64,000 nt of DNA from Sedimentisphaerales bacterium (GTDB taxonomy: Bacteria; Planctomycetota; Phycisphaerae; Sedimentisphaerales; SM23-30), in the NCBI GenBank assembly GCA_963663965.2, contig CAXXFK010000028.1:512001-576000 (forward strand), given 5' to 3'. A program made the position numbers and the translations under genes. The notes below the pieces were generated by a model that saw only the letters and a program-made list of their open reading frames with translations, had not been told where the DNA came from and made no database searches. Position 1 is the stretch's first letter, and the number at the start of each line of letters is the position of its first letter. Of the stretch, positions 20,429-30,933 are shown one piece after another.

Positions 20429-22015
20429 ATGGGCACTATCAATGACAACATCCGGACGGGGACGGTATTTCAATACCCTTTGCGAAACAGGCAACCCAAG
20501 ATGTTCTGCCGGGAATTTGTGTTCATATATGGAATTCTGGCGGGGATTCTGCTTGCGATTCCAGTTCTGGCCGGTGCAGAAAAAACGAAAGAAAGCCAAT
20601 CCACAAAAAGTGAGCTGGTTCGTTCATTGGAAGCTGTTTTTTATGCAGACAACTTTGCAAAAATTCCCAACCGGACATTCCAGGTTACTGATTACGGCGC
20701 TAAGGGGGATGGGGTTACGCTGGATACTGAGGCGATCCAGCGGGCGATCGATGCTGCCGCGGGATCGGGTGGAGGCGTGGTTCGCTTGAAACCGGGAGTC
20801 TATCTTTCCGGTGCGATCTTCGTTAAGAGTAATGTGGAATTACGGGTTGATGAAGGGGTGACGCTACGGGCGGTCCAGGATGACAGTCAGTATCCCCGGC
20901 TGCCCAGTCGGATTGCGGGTTTTGAGATGGTGTGGCTGTCGGCGCTGATCAATATTTATGAGCAGAGTAATGTGCGTATAACCGGGAAGGGGATTATCGA
21001 TGGCAATGGCAGTTACTGGTGGGAGAAATACTGGGGTACGGACCGCAAGGGCGGGATTCGAAAAGACTATGATCAGCGCGGTTTGCGGTGGGCGGCGGAT
21101 TATGATTGTGAGCGGGTGCGGGCGGTTGTGGTCTGGAAGTCCAGTGATGTGCTGTTGAAGGATTTTACCGTGCAGCGGTCCGGGTTCTGGACGGTTTCGT
21201 TGACTTATAGTGATCGTGTTTATGTGGATCATCTGACGATCCAGAATAATATCGGCGGATTCGGGCCCAGTTCTGACGGGGTAGATACCGATTCTTCCAG
21301 TCATATTCTGGTGGAAAATTGCGATATCGATTGCAATGATGATAATCTATGCATCAAATCCGGCCGGGATGCCGATGGCCTGCGGGTGAACCGACCGGCG
21401 GAATATATTGTCTATCGCAATTGCCTGACCCGGTCGGGGCATGGTTTGTTTACCCTGGGCAGCGAGACTTCCGGTGGTATGCGGCATATCGAAGTGTATG
21501 GTTTGCGCGCGATCGGGACCTCGACGGGGATTCGATTCAAGTCGGCCAAAGTGCGTGGCGGATTGATCGAAGAGATCAGTTTTCACGACATTGAAATGGA
21601 CACTGTGGAGAATCCATTTGTATTCGATTTAAACTGGAATCCATCGTACAGTTATCCGGAGATTCCCAGGGATATCCCGGAAGAGGAGATATCCGACCGC
21701 TGGCGGCTGATGACCCAGCGGGTGACGCCGCCCGAGCGGGGGATACCGGAATTTCGCAATATTACCATTTCTGAGGTATCGGTACGAGAGGGCGGCAGGG
21801 CGTTTTATGTGACGGCTTATCCTGAGAAGCCGATGCGAGCGGTGAACTGGAAGAATGTAACCATTGAGGCGAAATCCGCCGGGGAGATCCGAAATGCGGT
21901 TGACTGGCGCATGGAAAATGTTAAACTGCGTACCGCTGATGGGGCCAATGTCAAGCTGATCGAGTGTCGACAGGTTGAGCTGCCAGAAATGGCGGCGGAG
22001 AGAGATAAACGTTAA
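20429..22015 (+). CDS. GH28 polygalacturonase/rhamnogalacturonase-family protein
   Basis: 'YGAKGDGVTLDTEAIQRAID', 'SSDGVD', 'NDDNLCIKSG', 'GHG..LGSE', 'RFKS'. Start probably 20501. Confidence 0.9.
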   Translation: MGTINDNIRTGTVFQYPLRNRQPKMFCREFVFIYGILAGILLAIPVLAGAEKTKESQSTKSELVRSLEAVFYADNFAKIPNRTFQVTDYGAKGDGVTLDTEAIQRAIDAAAGSGGGVVRLKPGVYLSGAIFVKSNVELRVDEGVTLRAVQDDSQYPRLPSRIAGFEMVWLSALINIYEQSNVRITGKGIIDGNGSYWWEKYWGTDRKGGIRKDYDQRGLRWAADYDCERVRAVVVWKSSDVLLKDFTVQRSGFWTVSLTYSDRVYVDHLTIQNNIGGFGPSSDGVDTDSSSHILVENCDIDCNDDNLCIKSGRDADGLRVNRPAEYIVYRNCLTRSGHGLFTLGSETSGGMRHIEVYGLRAIGTSTGIRFKSAKVRGGLIEEISFHDIEMDTVENPFVFDLNWNPSYSYPEIPRDIPEEEISDRWRLMTQRVTPPERGIPEFRNITISEVSVREGGRAFYVTAYPEKPMRAVNWKNVTIEAKSAGEIRNAVDWRMENVKLRTADGANVKLIECRQVELPEMAAERDKR

Positions 22016-22032
22016 AAAAAGTCATAACCCCA

Positions 22033-24645
22033 ATGGCAAAAGTACCTATGAAGAAAGGGCAGGCAATGCATAAGAAGAATAATGTGGTGATATTCAGTCT
22101 TTGGATTATTGTACAATTACTGATTGTGGGTACAAACTGTCAGGGTGCGCCTGACTGGCCTTTGGAAGTGTCGATCCAATGCCGGCCGGGAACGTACTGG
22201 TGGGCGCCGGGCAGCGCCTTCGATCATGCCAGTATTGACTGGAATCTGGAGCAGCTGAAAGCGGGTGGGATCGGGACGGTGCATATTATTCCGATCTATG
22301 GCGCCAAGGGGTATGAAGACCAGTATATCCAGTATCTATCGCCGGAGTGGATGGCCATGCTGGATTATGTCGTAAAGAAGGCGGAGCAGATGGACATGCT
22401 GGTGGATATGACGACGGGTACGGGGTGGTGTTTTGGCGGGCCCGATCTGCCGCCGGCGTATCGTGACACGGTGGTTCGCTGGCAGGGAGTTGAAAAGGGT
22501 ATTGCTTACGCGGCCGGGATGAATGTGAAGCGGCCCGCTCCCGGGGGGGAAGGTCCGATGCTCAATCCTTATTCACCGGACGCCATGCAATATTATTTGC
22601 AGCGATTCACCAGCGCGTTCGAGCAATCCGGCAGCCGGAAGCCGCGCGCCCAATATCACGATTCCTTTGAATACAAGGGCGACTGGACCATGGATATGCT
22701 TGAACAGTTCAAGCGGCGGCGCGGTTACGATCTGGAACGGCATCTGGTGACTTTTTTCGGGAGCACCACTGACACCAACCGGGACATGAAGGCCCGGATG
22801 AAATACGATTATCGACGGACCATCAGTGATTTGCACCTGGAATCGATCGAATTGTGGACACAATGGGCACACGAGCAGGGTATGATCACCCGTAATGAGG
22901 CACATGGCTCGCCCTCGCAGTTATTGGATGTGTACGCGGCGGCGGATATTCCTGAGACGGAGATGTTCGGCGCGCCGGAATTCGAGGTGGCCGGTTTCCG
23001 GCGGGACCCACAGTTCTGCCGCGCGGGCGACAGTAATCCGCTGGTGATGAAAATGGCCTCGTCGGCGGCGCATGTCGCTCATCGGCCGGGGGCGCAGCTG
23101 GTTGGCTCTGAGAGTTTTACCTGGCTGCGTGAACACTGGCATGGGACGCTGGGCCAGATCAAGTTATCGTCGGACCTGTTTTTCCTGGCCGGGATCAATC
23201 ATTTGCTCTATCACGGCAGCTGTTATTCGGCCAAAGACGCCGCGTGGCCGGGCTGGTTTTTTTATGCTTCGACCAAGGCGGACTGGCGAAATTCGATCTG
23301 GCATGACATCCAATATCTCAATGATTATATTACCCGGTGCCAGTCGATGCTACAGGCCGGCGAGCCGGGCAACGATCTGCTGGTTTACTGGCCGATCCAT
23401 GATTACTGGATGAACGCCGAGGGCATGGCGCAGAAGATGACCGTTCATGGGGATGGCTGGATTACGGGGCAATCGCTGGGACGGTTTGGGATTATGTTGC
23501 AGGAAGAGGGATATTCCTTTGATTTTGTTTCGGATCGTATGCTGGAGACGCTGACATTTTCGGATGGTCGAATCCAGGCGGTGGGAGGGTGGTATCGGGC
23601 TATTGTCATTCCGGCATGCCAGTATATGCCGGCTGAAACCATGGAGCAGCTGGCTAAACTGGCAAACGATGGGGCTACGGTGATTTTTGAAGAGGCCTTG
23701 CCGGGCGATGTGCCGGGTTTGGATGGTCTTGCTCAACAACGGGCACAGTTTGCCGCCGGGAAGTCTGCGATTCAATCAAAAGCGATCATATCCAAGACGG
23801 TTTGTGAGACCCTGGCTGAATCTGGAATCATGGCTGAACCAATGATCAAGGCCGGGCTACACTGTATTCGACGACGGATCGATGGCGACACCTGGTATTT
23901 TATTGCCAACCATTCGGCCGACACTTTCGATCAATGGATAGGATTGGCGAATCCGGTAAAATCTGTCATTTGTTACGATCCCATGACGGGGCAATCCGGG
24001 GCACTGGCAGTACGACAAAGAAACAGGCAATCCCAGGTTTACCTGCAACTGGAATCAGGAGAATCCACCCTTATCCGTGGCAGTAACAGCAAAGTAACGG
24101 TGGCCGGCTGGAAATATCGGCAAACGGCCGGGCAGCCGGTGACGTTAGCGGGGAACTGGAAAATTGAGTTTGTCGAGGGCGGGCCCACCCTGCCGCAAAC
24201 CTATCATAGCGAATCGCTGGTCAGCTGGACCGAAGCGGACGATCCGGCAACAGACGCCTTTGCCGGGACCGCACGTTATACGCTGAGTTTTGAAATGCCG
24301 GCGACCCGGGCGGATGACTGGATGCTCGATCTGGGCGATGTGCGGGAGAGCGCCCGGATTCGAGTGAATAGTCAGGATGCGGGAGCTTTGGTGGCGTTGC
24401 CATTCCGGATGCCGATCGGCAAGCTGCTGCATCCGGGGACCAATACCTTGGAAGTCGAAGTGACCAATCTGACCGCCAACCGGATTCGCGCGCTGGAAAA
24501 AAGCGGGGCTGACTGGAAAATTATGCGCGACGCCAATATTGTCAACGTGAATTATCAGAAATTTGATCCGGCGAGCTGGCCGTTGGAGCTCTCGGGATTA
24601 TTGGGTCCGGTTCAACTCGTGCCGGCCCAATATCACCAGCCATGA
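22033..24645 (+). CDS. GH106 alpha-L-rhamnosidase-like protein
   Basis: 'PGTYWWAPGS', 'IPIYG', 'DMTTGTGWCFGGP', 'DSFE', 'DIPETE', 'LDLGDVRESA', 'SGLLGPVQL'. Confidence 0.85.
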   Translation: MAKVPMKKGQAMHKKNNVVIFSLWIIVQLLIVGTNCQGAPDWPLEVSIQCRPGTYWWAPGSAFDHASIDWNLEQLKAGGIGTVHIIPIYGAKGYEDQYIQYLSPEWMAMLDYVVKKAEQMDMLVDMTTGTGWCFGGPDLPPAYRDTVVRWQGVEKGIAYAAGMNVKRPAPGGEGPMLNPYSPDAMQYYLQRFTSAFEQSGSRKPRAQYHDSFEYKGDWTMDMLEQFKRRRGYDLERHLVTFFGSTTDTNRDMKARMKYDYRRTISDLHLESIELWTQWAHEQGMITRNEAHGSPSQLLDVYAAADIPETEMFGAPEFEVAGFRRDPQFCRAGDSNPLVMKMASSAAHVAHRPGAQLVGSESFTWLREHWHGTLGQIKLSSDLFFLAGINHLLYHGSCYSAKDAAWPGWFFYASTKADWRNSIWHDIQYLNDYITRCQSMLQAGEPGNDLLVYWPIHDYWMNAEGMAQKMTVHGDGWITGQSLGRFGIMLQEEGYSFDFVSDRMLETLTFSDGRIQAVGGWYRAIVIPACQYMPAETMEQLAKLANDGATVIFEEALPGDVPGLDGLAQQRAQFAAGKSAIQSKAIISKTVCETLAESGIMAEPMIKAGLHCIRRRIDGDTWYFIANHSADTFDQWIGLANPVKSVICYDPMTGQSGALAVRQRNRQSQVYLQLESGESTLIRGSNSKVTVAGWKYRQTAGQPVTLAGNWKIEFVEGGPTLPQTYHSESLVSWTEADDPATDAFAGTARYTLSFEMPATRADDWMLDLGDVRESARIRVNSQDAGALVALPFRMPIGKLLHPGTNTLEVEVTNLTANRIRALEKSGADWKIMRDANIVNVNYQKFDPASWPLELSGLLGPVQLVPAQYHQP

Positions 24646-26565
24646 ACGGGTAGCGAAGTAAAGAGTTCGCAGTCGATTGATACCCGTAATGGGCCCAATT
24701 CAACCTGGACGGTTGCCGATCCGGTGTTTGGCGATTATGAGGTGATCGTAGCCGTTGGCGCCGGAGATTACGCCCCGGCGTCCAACTGCACGAGTTGGGG
24801 CTCCTTTTATCGTAATAGGTGTACCGATCAGGAAGATGACGCGGTTATCAGCTGGTCGGTTAGTGGATTAAATCCATCCGCAGTGGTTAAAGAGTTTGAG
24901 CTGAACCTGACCCGGGTTGCTCCGTGTGTGGGCAGCGATAATGGAAGTTATTATTTGAGCTTGAGCGGGCCGGGCGCGACAGGCATTGTATCGCAGGAAC
25001 GAAGCAGCATGGATATTCTGGCTGATTTTGTTCCGGTAAATCCGCCTCTGTTGGTGGCTGACGAGTCGTTTGGTTATGAGCCGGTTTTCGAATTGGTAAT
25101 CGATGAACGGGAGCCGTTGACGACCAGAACGATCGGGGTATCGGGTTTTACGATAACGGCGGGTTGGAATACCGGGGTTGTGCCGGGTAATCCTGTACCG
25201 GAAGATGGGCAGAGCGAGGTACCGCTGGAGGTGACTTTCAGCTGGAGTGACGCGCCAGAACCTCCTGATGGGTTGACGGGATATTATTTTTATCTTGCTG
25301 AGGATATCCCGGATTTTAGCGGCTCAACGCCGCTTTTATTTATAAACAATACGAATCCCGTTAAATCAGGGCCGCTGAACCTTGAGAGCGATAAGACTTA
25401 CTACTGGCGGGTTGATCAGAGTATTCATCATTCGGATGCGGCCAGTCCGGATACTCGAGTGGGTCCAGTCTGGTATTTTACCACAAAAGAGTCGGTTCCC
25501 AAAATCAAGACATCTCCAGCCGGAGCGATCGTCAATCCCGGCGAGTCGGTCACCCTGGTCATTGATTTTGTCAGTATGTACTCGCCTCAGGTCAACTGGT
25601 ATCGAACGGATGGGATGGATCCCGTGGCTTTGGAAGATAATTCGCATACGGAGTTGAGGGTTGTGGACCTGGGTCAGGACAGGTATCGTACTACTTTGAC
25701 AATTCAGCCGGTGGCAGGGAGCGATAGCGGGTATTATTATGGCAGGGTTACCAGTATGTCGGGCGCCGCTGAGAGTGACCGGGCATTGATCCAGGCGCCG
25801 GATCTGGTGGCTTATTATCCGCTGGATGGGAGTCTGGCCGATTTGGCCGGGGGAAACAACGCGGTGATTTCAGCCGGCGTTCCGGTTTATGTCGACAGTC
25901 AAGGGGATTTGGGCCAGGCGCTCAAACTGGATGATACTGAGCCGCAATATCTTTCCCTGGGGCGTAATGGTCAGCCCTCTGGATTAACCTTGCTGAATGG
26001 CTCGGCTTCGTTCTGGTTTATGATCGATAATCCGCAGGACAGCCGGCCCACGTTAATGGGGATACTCAATGAAGGCGGCTATCAGCGGTTGCAGTTTTCG
26101 ATCAATTCCGGGCGGCCTTTTGTTTCGAATAAGGATGCTGAGGGCAGCGCATTCAGTATCTATCCCGATAGCGTGACAGTATCGTCCGGACAGTGGCATC
26201 ATTTTCTGGCAACCTGGGAATTTAAGGGGCTCTATCGCTTCAAGTTGTATTTCGATGCCCGGTTCGTGGGAGAAATCACCCAGGCGGATTGGCAGATAGA
26301 GCCCTGGCAATACGATCTGGTGGTTGGAGCGACCAATAATGCCGGGGAAATACTCAATAATTGGGATGGATTGCTGGATGAAATCAAGATCTACAATTAT
26401 CCGCTGACTGTTGAGGAAATCGCTTTGGAATGGCAGCAAGGGACGGGGGAGGTTCTCTGTCTGCATCCGCCACTTTATGATCTCGATAATGATTGCAAAA
26501 TTGATATGACAGATTTAATATTGCTGGCCGGAGAGTGGATATGCAATGGCAACTGGCCGCAATAA
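24646..26565 (+). CDS. Paralogue of the 18336 protein (N-domain, Ig-like, LamG, dockerin-like); no signal peptide, start unresolved
   Basis: Frame is open from directly after the GH106 TGA; similarity to the 18336 protein begins upstream of the GTG at 24724; both end NGNWPQ. Confidence 0.75.
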   Translation, partial: TGSEVKSSQSIDTRNGPNSTWTVADPVFGDYEVIVAVGAGDYAPASNCTSWGSFYRNRCTDQEDDAVISWSVSGLNPSAVVKEFELNLTRVAPCVGSDNGSYYLSLSGPGATGIVSQERSSMDILADFVPVNPPLLVADESFGYEPVFELVIDEREPLTTRTIGVSGFTITAGWNTGVVPGNPVPEDGQSEVPLEVTFSWSDAPEPPDGLTGYYFYLAEDIPDFSGSTPLLFINNTNPVKSGPLNLESDKTYYWRVDQSIHHSDAASPDTRVGPVWYFTTKESVPKIKTSPAGAIVNPGESVTLVIDFVSMYSPQVNWYRTDGMDPVALEDNSHTELRVVDLGQDRYRTTLTIQPVAGSDSGYYYGRVTSMSGAAESDRALIQAPDLVAYYPLDGSLADLAGGNNAVISAGVPVYVDSQGDLGQALKLDDTEPQYLSLGRNGQPSGLTLLNGSASFWFMIDNPQDSRPTLMGILNEGGYQRLQFSINSGRPFVSNKDAEGSAFSIYPDSVTVSSGQWHHFLATWEFKGLYRFKLYFDARFVGEITQADWQIEPWQYDLVVGATNNAGEILNNWDGLLDEIKIYNYPLTVEEIALEWQQGTGEVLCLHPPLYDLDNDCKIDMTDLILLAGEWICNGNWPQ

Positions 26566-26704
26566 ATAGATGATTATCCCGTTGTAGCAATCATGTGGAT
26601 GATATGCCGCTCCAAGGTTTTTTTGTTTTGCCGGCGCCAAGAGCGGCCGGGAAAACCATTTATTCCAACAGAAGTAATAACACATTTAGATCAGGATCGT
26701 TGCG

Positions 26705-28450
26705 ATGTTAAATAAGATTGCCATATCTTTATTCGTTAATCTATTAACCGGTTGGCTGGTGTTATCGGTTCAAGGTCAGTGGACGACTGAGACGATCGAT
26801 CGCGGGCTGATTGCCCTGGTGCAGGAAAACGGTGATGTCTACCTGGGGTGGCGGCTGTTGCAGAGTGACGCGGAGGGAATCGGGTTTGATTTGTATCGTC
26901 AGACGGAGGGTGGGCCGGAAGTCAAATTGAATAACAAACCGCTGGTGGAAACCTGTGATTTTGTCGATACGGCGGTGAATCTGAACCGGGCGAACCGCTG
27001 GCGGTTGTCGATCCATTCGGAAGGAACACATTCCGGGGACGCGACTGTTTCTTTAGCGGCTCATTCGCCGGCGCGACCGTATGTTGCCATTCCATTTCAG
27101 GGGGATTATGTCTGTAACCGGGTGGGGATTGCCGATTTGAATGGCGATGGCCGATATGATTATGTTATCAAGCAGCCCCGACAGATTACCGATCCGGGTG
27201 TCTGGAATAAAAGTGAGGCGACCTGGAAAATTGAGGCTTATCTGCATGATGGGACATTTTTATGGCGCAAGGACCTGGGCTGGAACATTGAGCAGGGGGT
27301 CTGGTATTCGCCCATGATCGTTCATGATTTCGATGGCGATGGCCGGGCGGAAGTGGCGGTGAAGACCTCGGTTACCGATGTGGATTATCGTAATCCGGAT
27401 GGGCATCCTCTGGCGGGGAAGGTGACCACCGGGCCGGAATACTGTTCGCTGCTGGATGGCATGACCGGGCGGGAACTGGACCGGGTTGACTGGATCGCGC
27501 GCGGCGAATTGGAGGATTGGGGGGATAGCAAGAATAATCGAGCAGCCCGACATCTGATGGGGGTGGCGTATCTGGATGGGAAACATCCCGCTCTACTGGT
27601 TTTGCGGGGCACTTATACCTTGATGCGGGTGGATGCCTATGTCATGAAAAACGGCAAACTGGCCTCGCTGTGGAAATGGAGCGGCGATAATGAAGATCCC
27701 CCGGTGCGCGGCCAGGGAATGCATGGGATGCTGGCGGCGGATGTGACCGGAGATGGCTGCGATGAAATTATCCTGGGTTCTGCCGTTCTGAAAGGGGATT
27801 CTTCATTGCTTTGGAATGTGGGATTGGGCCATCCGGATGCCTGTTATGTTGCCGACATTCTGCCGGAACGACCGGGATTGGAGATTTTATATGGTATCGA
27901 GCCCAAACGAAACAGCAATGCTATTTGCCTGGTGGAAGCACGGACGGGGAAAATGATCTGGGGATGTGATTTTGCCACGCAGCATGCCCATTCAGCGGGG
28001 ATGTTCGCGGATTTTATCGCGGATAATCCGGGTATGGAGTTTTATATTGGTGAAAAAGACAAAACTGCTTTCTGGATTCACAGCGCCGATGGGCGATTAC
28101 TGACGGAGGAAAACCTGGGGAATTTGAATCCCAAGGCATTGTACTGGGAATCCGGCGGAGTGAAACCCTACGCGATCAGCGGCCGGATCCAGCAATACCA
28201 TGGCAAAACCGTCGGGGGCTATCAGGGCGATATTCTGGCGGTAGCGGATATCCTGGGAGACTGGCGCGAAGAACTGATTACCACGGTACCGGGTGAATTA
28301 CGTATTTACAGCACCACGATTCCCGCGCAGGACCGGCGGGTGACCCTGATGCAGGATCCGGTCTATCGTTCCTATGTGGCGATGGTATCGATGGGCTATC
28401 TGTATCCGCCGCAGCTGAGTTATTACCTTGAGATTGCCAAGTCGAAGTGA
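26705..28450 (+). CDS. PL11 rhamnogalacturonan lyase (YesW/YesX-like)
   Basis: 'IDRGLIA..VYLGWRLL..GFDLYR', 'DLNGDGRYD', 'DFDGDGRAEVAVKT', 'RGTYT', 'DILGDWREE', 'LMQDPVYR'. Confidence 0.88.
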   Translation: MLNKIAISLFVNLLTGWLVLSVQGQWTTETIDRGLIALVQENGDVYLGWRLLQSDAEGIGFDLYRQTEGGPEVKLNNKPLVETCDFVDTAVNLNRANRWRLSIHSEGTHSGDATVSLAAHSPARPYVAIPFQGDYVCNRVGIADLNGDGRYDYVIKQPRQITDPGVWNKSEATWKIEAYLHDGTFLWRKDLGWNIEQGVWYSPMIVHDFDGDGRAEVAVKTSVTDVDYRNPDGHPLAGKVTTGPEYCSLLDGMTGRELDRVDWIARGELEDWGDSKNNRAARHLMGVAYLDGKHPALLVLRGTYTLMRVDAYVMKNGKLASLWKWSGDNEDPPVRGQGMHGMLAADVTGDGCDEIILGSAVLKGDSSLLWNVGLGHPDACYVADILPERPGLEILYGIEPKRNSNAICLVEARTGKMIWGCDFATQHAHSAGMFADFIADNPGMEFYIGEKDKTAFWIHSADGRLLTEENLGNLNPKALYWESGGVKPYAISGRIQQYHGKTVGGYQGDILAVADILGDWREELITTVPGELRIYSTTIPAQDRRVTLMQDPVYRSYVAMVSMGYLYPPQLSYYLEIAKSK

Positions 28451-28451
28451 T

Positions 28452-30691
28452 TCAAGCAGGCGCCGCCTTATTGTCCGATGCGGATTCTTCGTCGGGATTT
28501 TCGTTTTCAACGGGCATCTGGAAAGGGGCCAGACCGAGGTTCGTTTCAATTTTTTCGGTTAGAGAAGCCAGGCGACCCAGTATCCGGTAATAGAGCGTCA
28601 TCAGTTTATCGATCACTTCTTCGGTATTGGGAAACACGGCCATAAAATGGTGGTCATCACTTAAGGTACTGGTCGCATAGCCTAAAATGGTAGTGGGACC
28701 ACCGGCGTGTTCAAATGGATATTCAACTTTTTCGAATTTATCGAGAACGGCCTGAAGGGTTAGCCGGGTATTGGCTGAGCTGGATTCGAGAATCTGGTAG
28801 ATATTGCCCGCCTGGGGATTTTGCTGCAGAATATTATAAAAACTGATGGCCTGGAACTGGGTGAATTGCAGATCGATCAGGCGGGGGAATTCCCGTGTCA
28901 AGGGGGGCAGGGATTTCAACATGCGGGTGATCACTGAGTGCCAGTCAGGGTTGAGTTGGAGTTCTTTGCGTACATCGGGATGCAGCAGGAGTTCCAGTCC
29001 GAGAATCAGTCGCTGCGACATGAGGTGTGCGATGTGATCCATTGGCTTGCTTGTGAGTTCGATTTGTTCCTGAGTCACACAGATGGCTTCAAACGCGGCG
29101 GCGGAGGTGGCGGATGTCAAGTGGAATTTGTCGGCATTGATTCGTATGTTATTATCGAGCATTGATTTGGCGAATTTAAAGCGGGCCAGTTCGCCGCGCA
29201 GGACGTTAATCTTTTTTCCGGCGGCGGTGGCATCTTCGATTTGGGCCTGGATTTCATTGCGCAGATTGAGAAGCTTTAAAGAGGTCCGTTCGATATCCTG
29301 AGTGGTGTGGGATTCGACTGGATTCCAGGGTGACGGGATTGTGAATCCGGATCAGATTTTGAAAGAAACGGCGATAGGCATTAAAGTCTTCTTTTTGCGA
29401 ATTCTGGTCGGAGAGATAGGCATCGGTTGGAATGAGGTTTTCACCGGTAACATTCAGTCCAACCTGATCGCGGTAAAAATCTTTGGTCACTTCCCGAGAG
29501 AGGCGGTCCAGGTTGCGAAATAATTGGCTGGCGGGTTCCTGAAAGTGAAAAAGGCCGTCTGAATGGTAAGACAGGATTTGTTCGATCCGCTGGCGGTCGG
29601 AAGGATGGGTGTCGAACAGATGTGTTTTCTGGTGTGATTGACTGGTTGTCAGCTTTTTCACAACATCATCGGGCAGGTTATGGTAATTATAAGCGATGAG
29701 GGCCATCATGTTATCGCAGAGCCTTTGATCTTTCCAACTTTCCTGGAGATCCTGAATGGTCATGTGGGATGCCACCGCCAGGAGTGGCAGCTTTCGTAAA
29801 GCATCGGCATAAACCTCGGCGCCTACCGTATCGACGGCGCAACGGTCCGCGTCCAGTTCCATCTGGCGTAACATGAAACTGCTGACCATATGGCCAAGCA
29901 TCATCAAGCCCCACAAGATACGCCGGTTGAGCCAGACAAAGGCACGGGCGCCATTGGCGATTAATCTGATCCAGTGTGAATTGACCCCGGCCAATTGTTC
30001 GAGTTTGTCATCCCATTCATCCCGTTCGTAGACCAGGCGGTAAAACCAGTTATTGATCGATCGGACGATGAAAGTGAGTCGCATACTGGCGCCTTGAGAG
30101 AAATGGCCGAATTCATGAGCCAGGACCCCGGTAAACTGGCGCAGGTTAAAGGCGGTTGCCAACGGCAGGCCAATGGTGAGGACCATGTCATTGCCGAAAA
30201 AGCTGAGCAGGCCCCGGCGGAAACCGGCCGAGGCGTTTACCTCACAGGTTACTTCGATACGGGCAGGCATCGGCGCTCCGATTGAATCGCACAGCCATTC
30301 AATAAATTCAAACATCAGCGGTTCCGATTCGCGGGAAATCCGATAGGGATGGTAATGGTCCTTATGACGCGCGAACAGAGGTTTGATCATAAAGACAATC
30401 GCAATGATACCGACCAGAATCGGGGCGATATACAGCAAGCCATGACCTCCGACACTGCCGGAATCCTCAACTGCCGGCCCGTGGTTCATATAATACCAGG
30501 TTCTCCAGGCAATCAACAGGCACAGGGCCAGGTATATGAACGGCAGAATAATTGTGGTCAGGGTGATAAAGAAGATACCAATCCGGTAGAGGAAAGAGAG
30601 CGGCCGTTTTTTTCAGATCATATTCTTTAAATGGTTGAAGAAATGGATGATCTTCAATCGAAGGCTGGGTTCCTTGGGACTGGTTTGTCAT
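28452..30691 (-). pseudogene. M48 (HtpX/Ste24-like) membrane zinc metallopeptidase split by two +1 frameshifts
   Basis: 'VNASA', 'AHEFGH', 'ELDAD', 'THPS'. The three ORFs join by removing one base in the T7 run at 30607-30613 and one within 29254-29350. Confidence 0.8.
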
Positions 30692-30871
30692 AAAACCTCA
30701 CTCCCGGTTTTAATCTACAAAAGCACCGGACAGTTTTTTGAATGTTGCATGTTTGAGGAAAATTATTCAAGATACTTATATCTCTTCACTTAACTTGATA
30801 TTAATTTTGATTGATTTATAATTTTTGTCAAGTTGAAGTCTGAAAACATGCAGGCGTAGGTTGAAAATTAA

Positions 30872-30900
30872 TTGACAGATTCTAATTAACGGCTTAATAT
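30872..30900 (+). promoter_or_regulatory. Sigma70-type promoter of the IclR gene
   Basis: TTGACA-17 nt-TAATAT. Confidence 0.7.
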
Positions 30901-30933
30901 ATTCATATAAGGAATGCGAGTTTCATATATGAA
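30901..30933. promoter_or_regulatory. Tandem palindromic operator candidates
   Basis: Perfect palindrome TTCATATATGAA (30922-30933) and related ATTCATATAAGGAAT (30901-30915) directly after the -10 box. Confidence 0.5.

Noticed and set aside
24646..24687. Canonical bacterial SECIS
   Set aside because: The apical loop is only 12 nt from the UGA and the position is an interdomain linker with no redox motif; kept only as a generic readthrough candidate.
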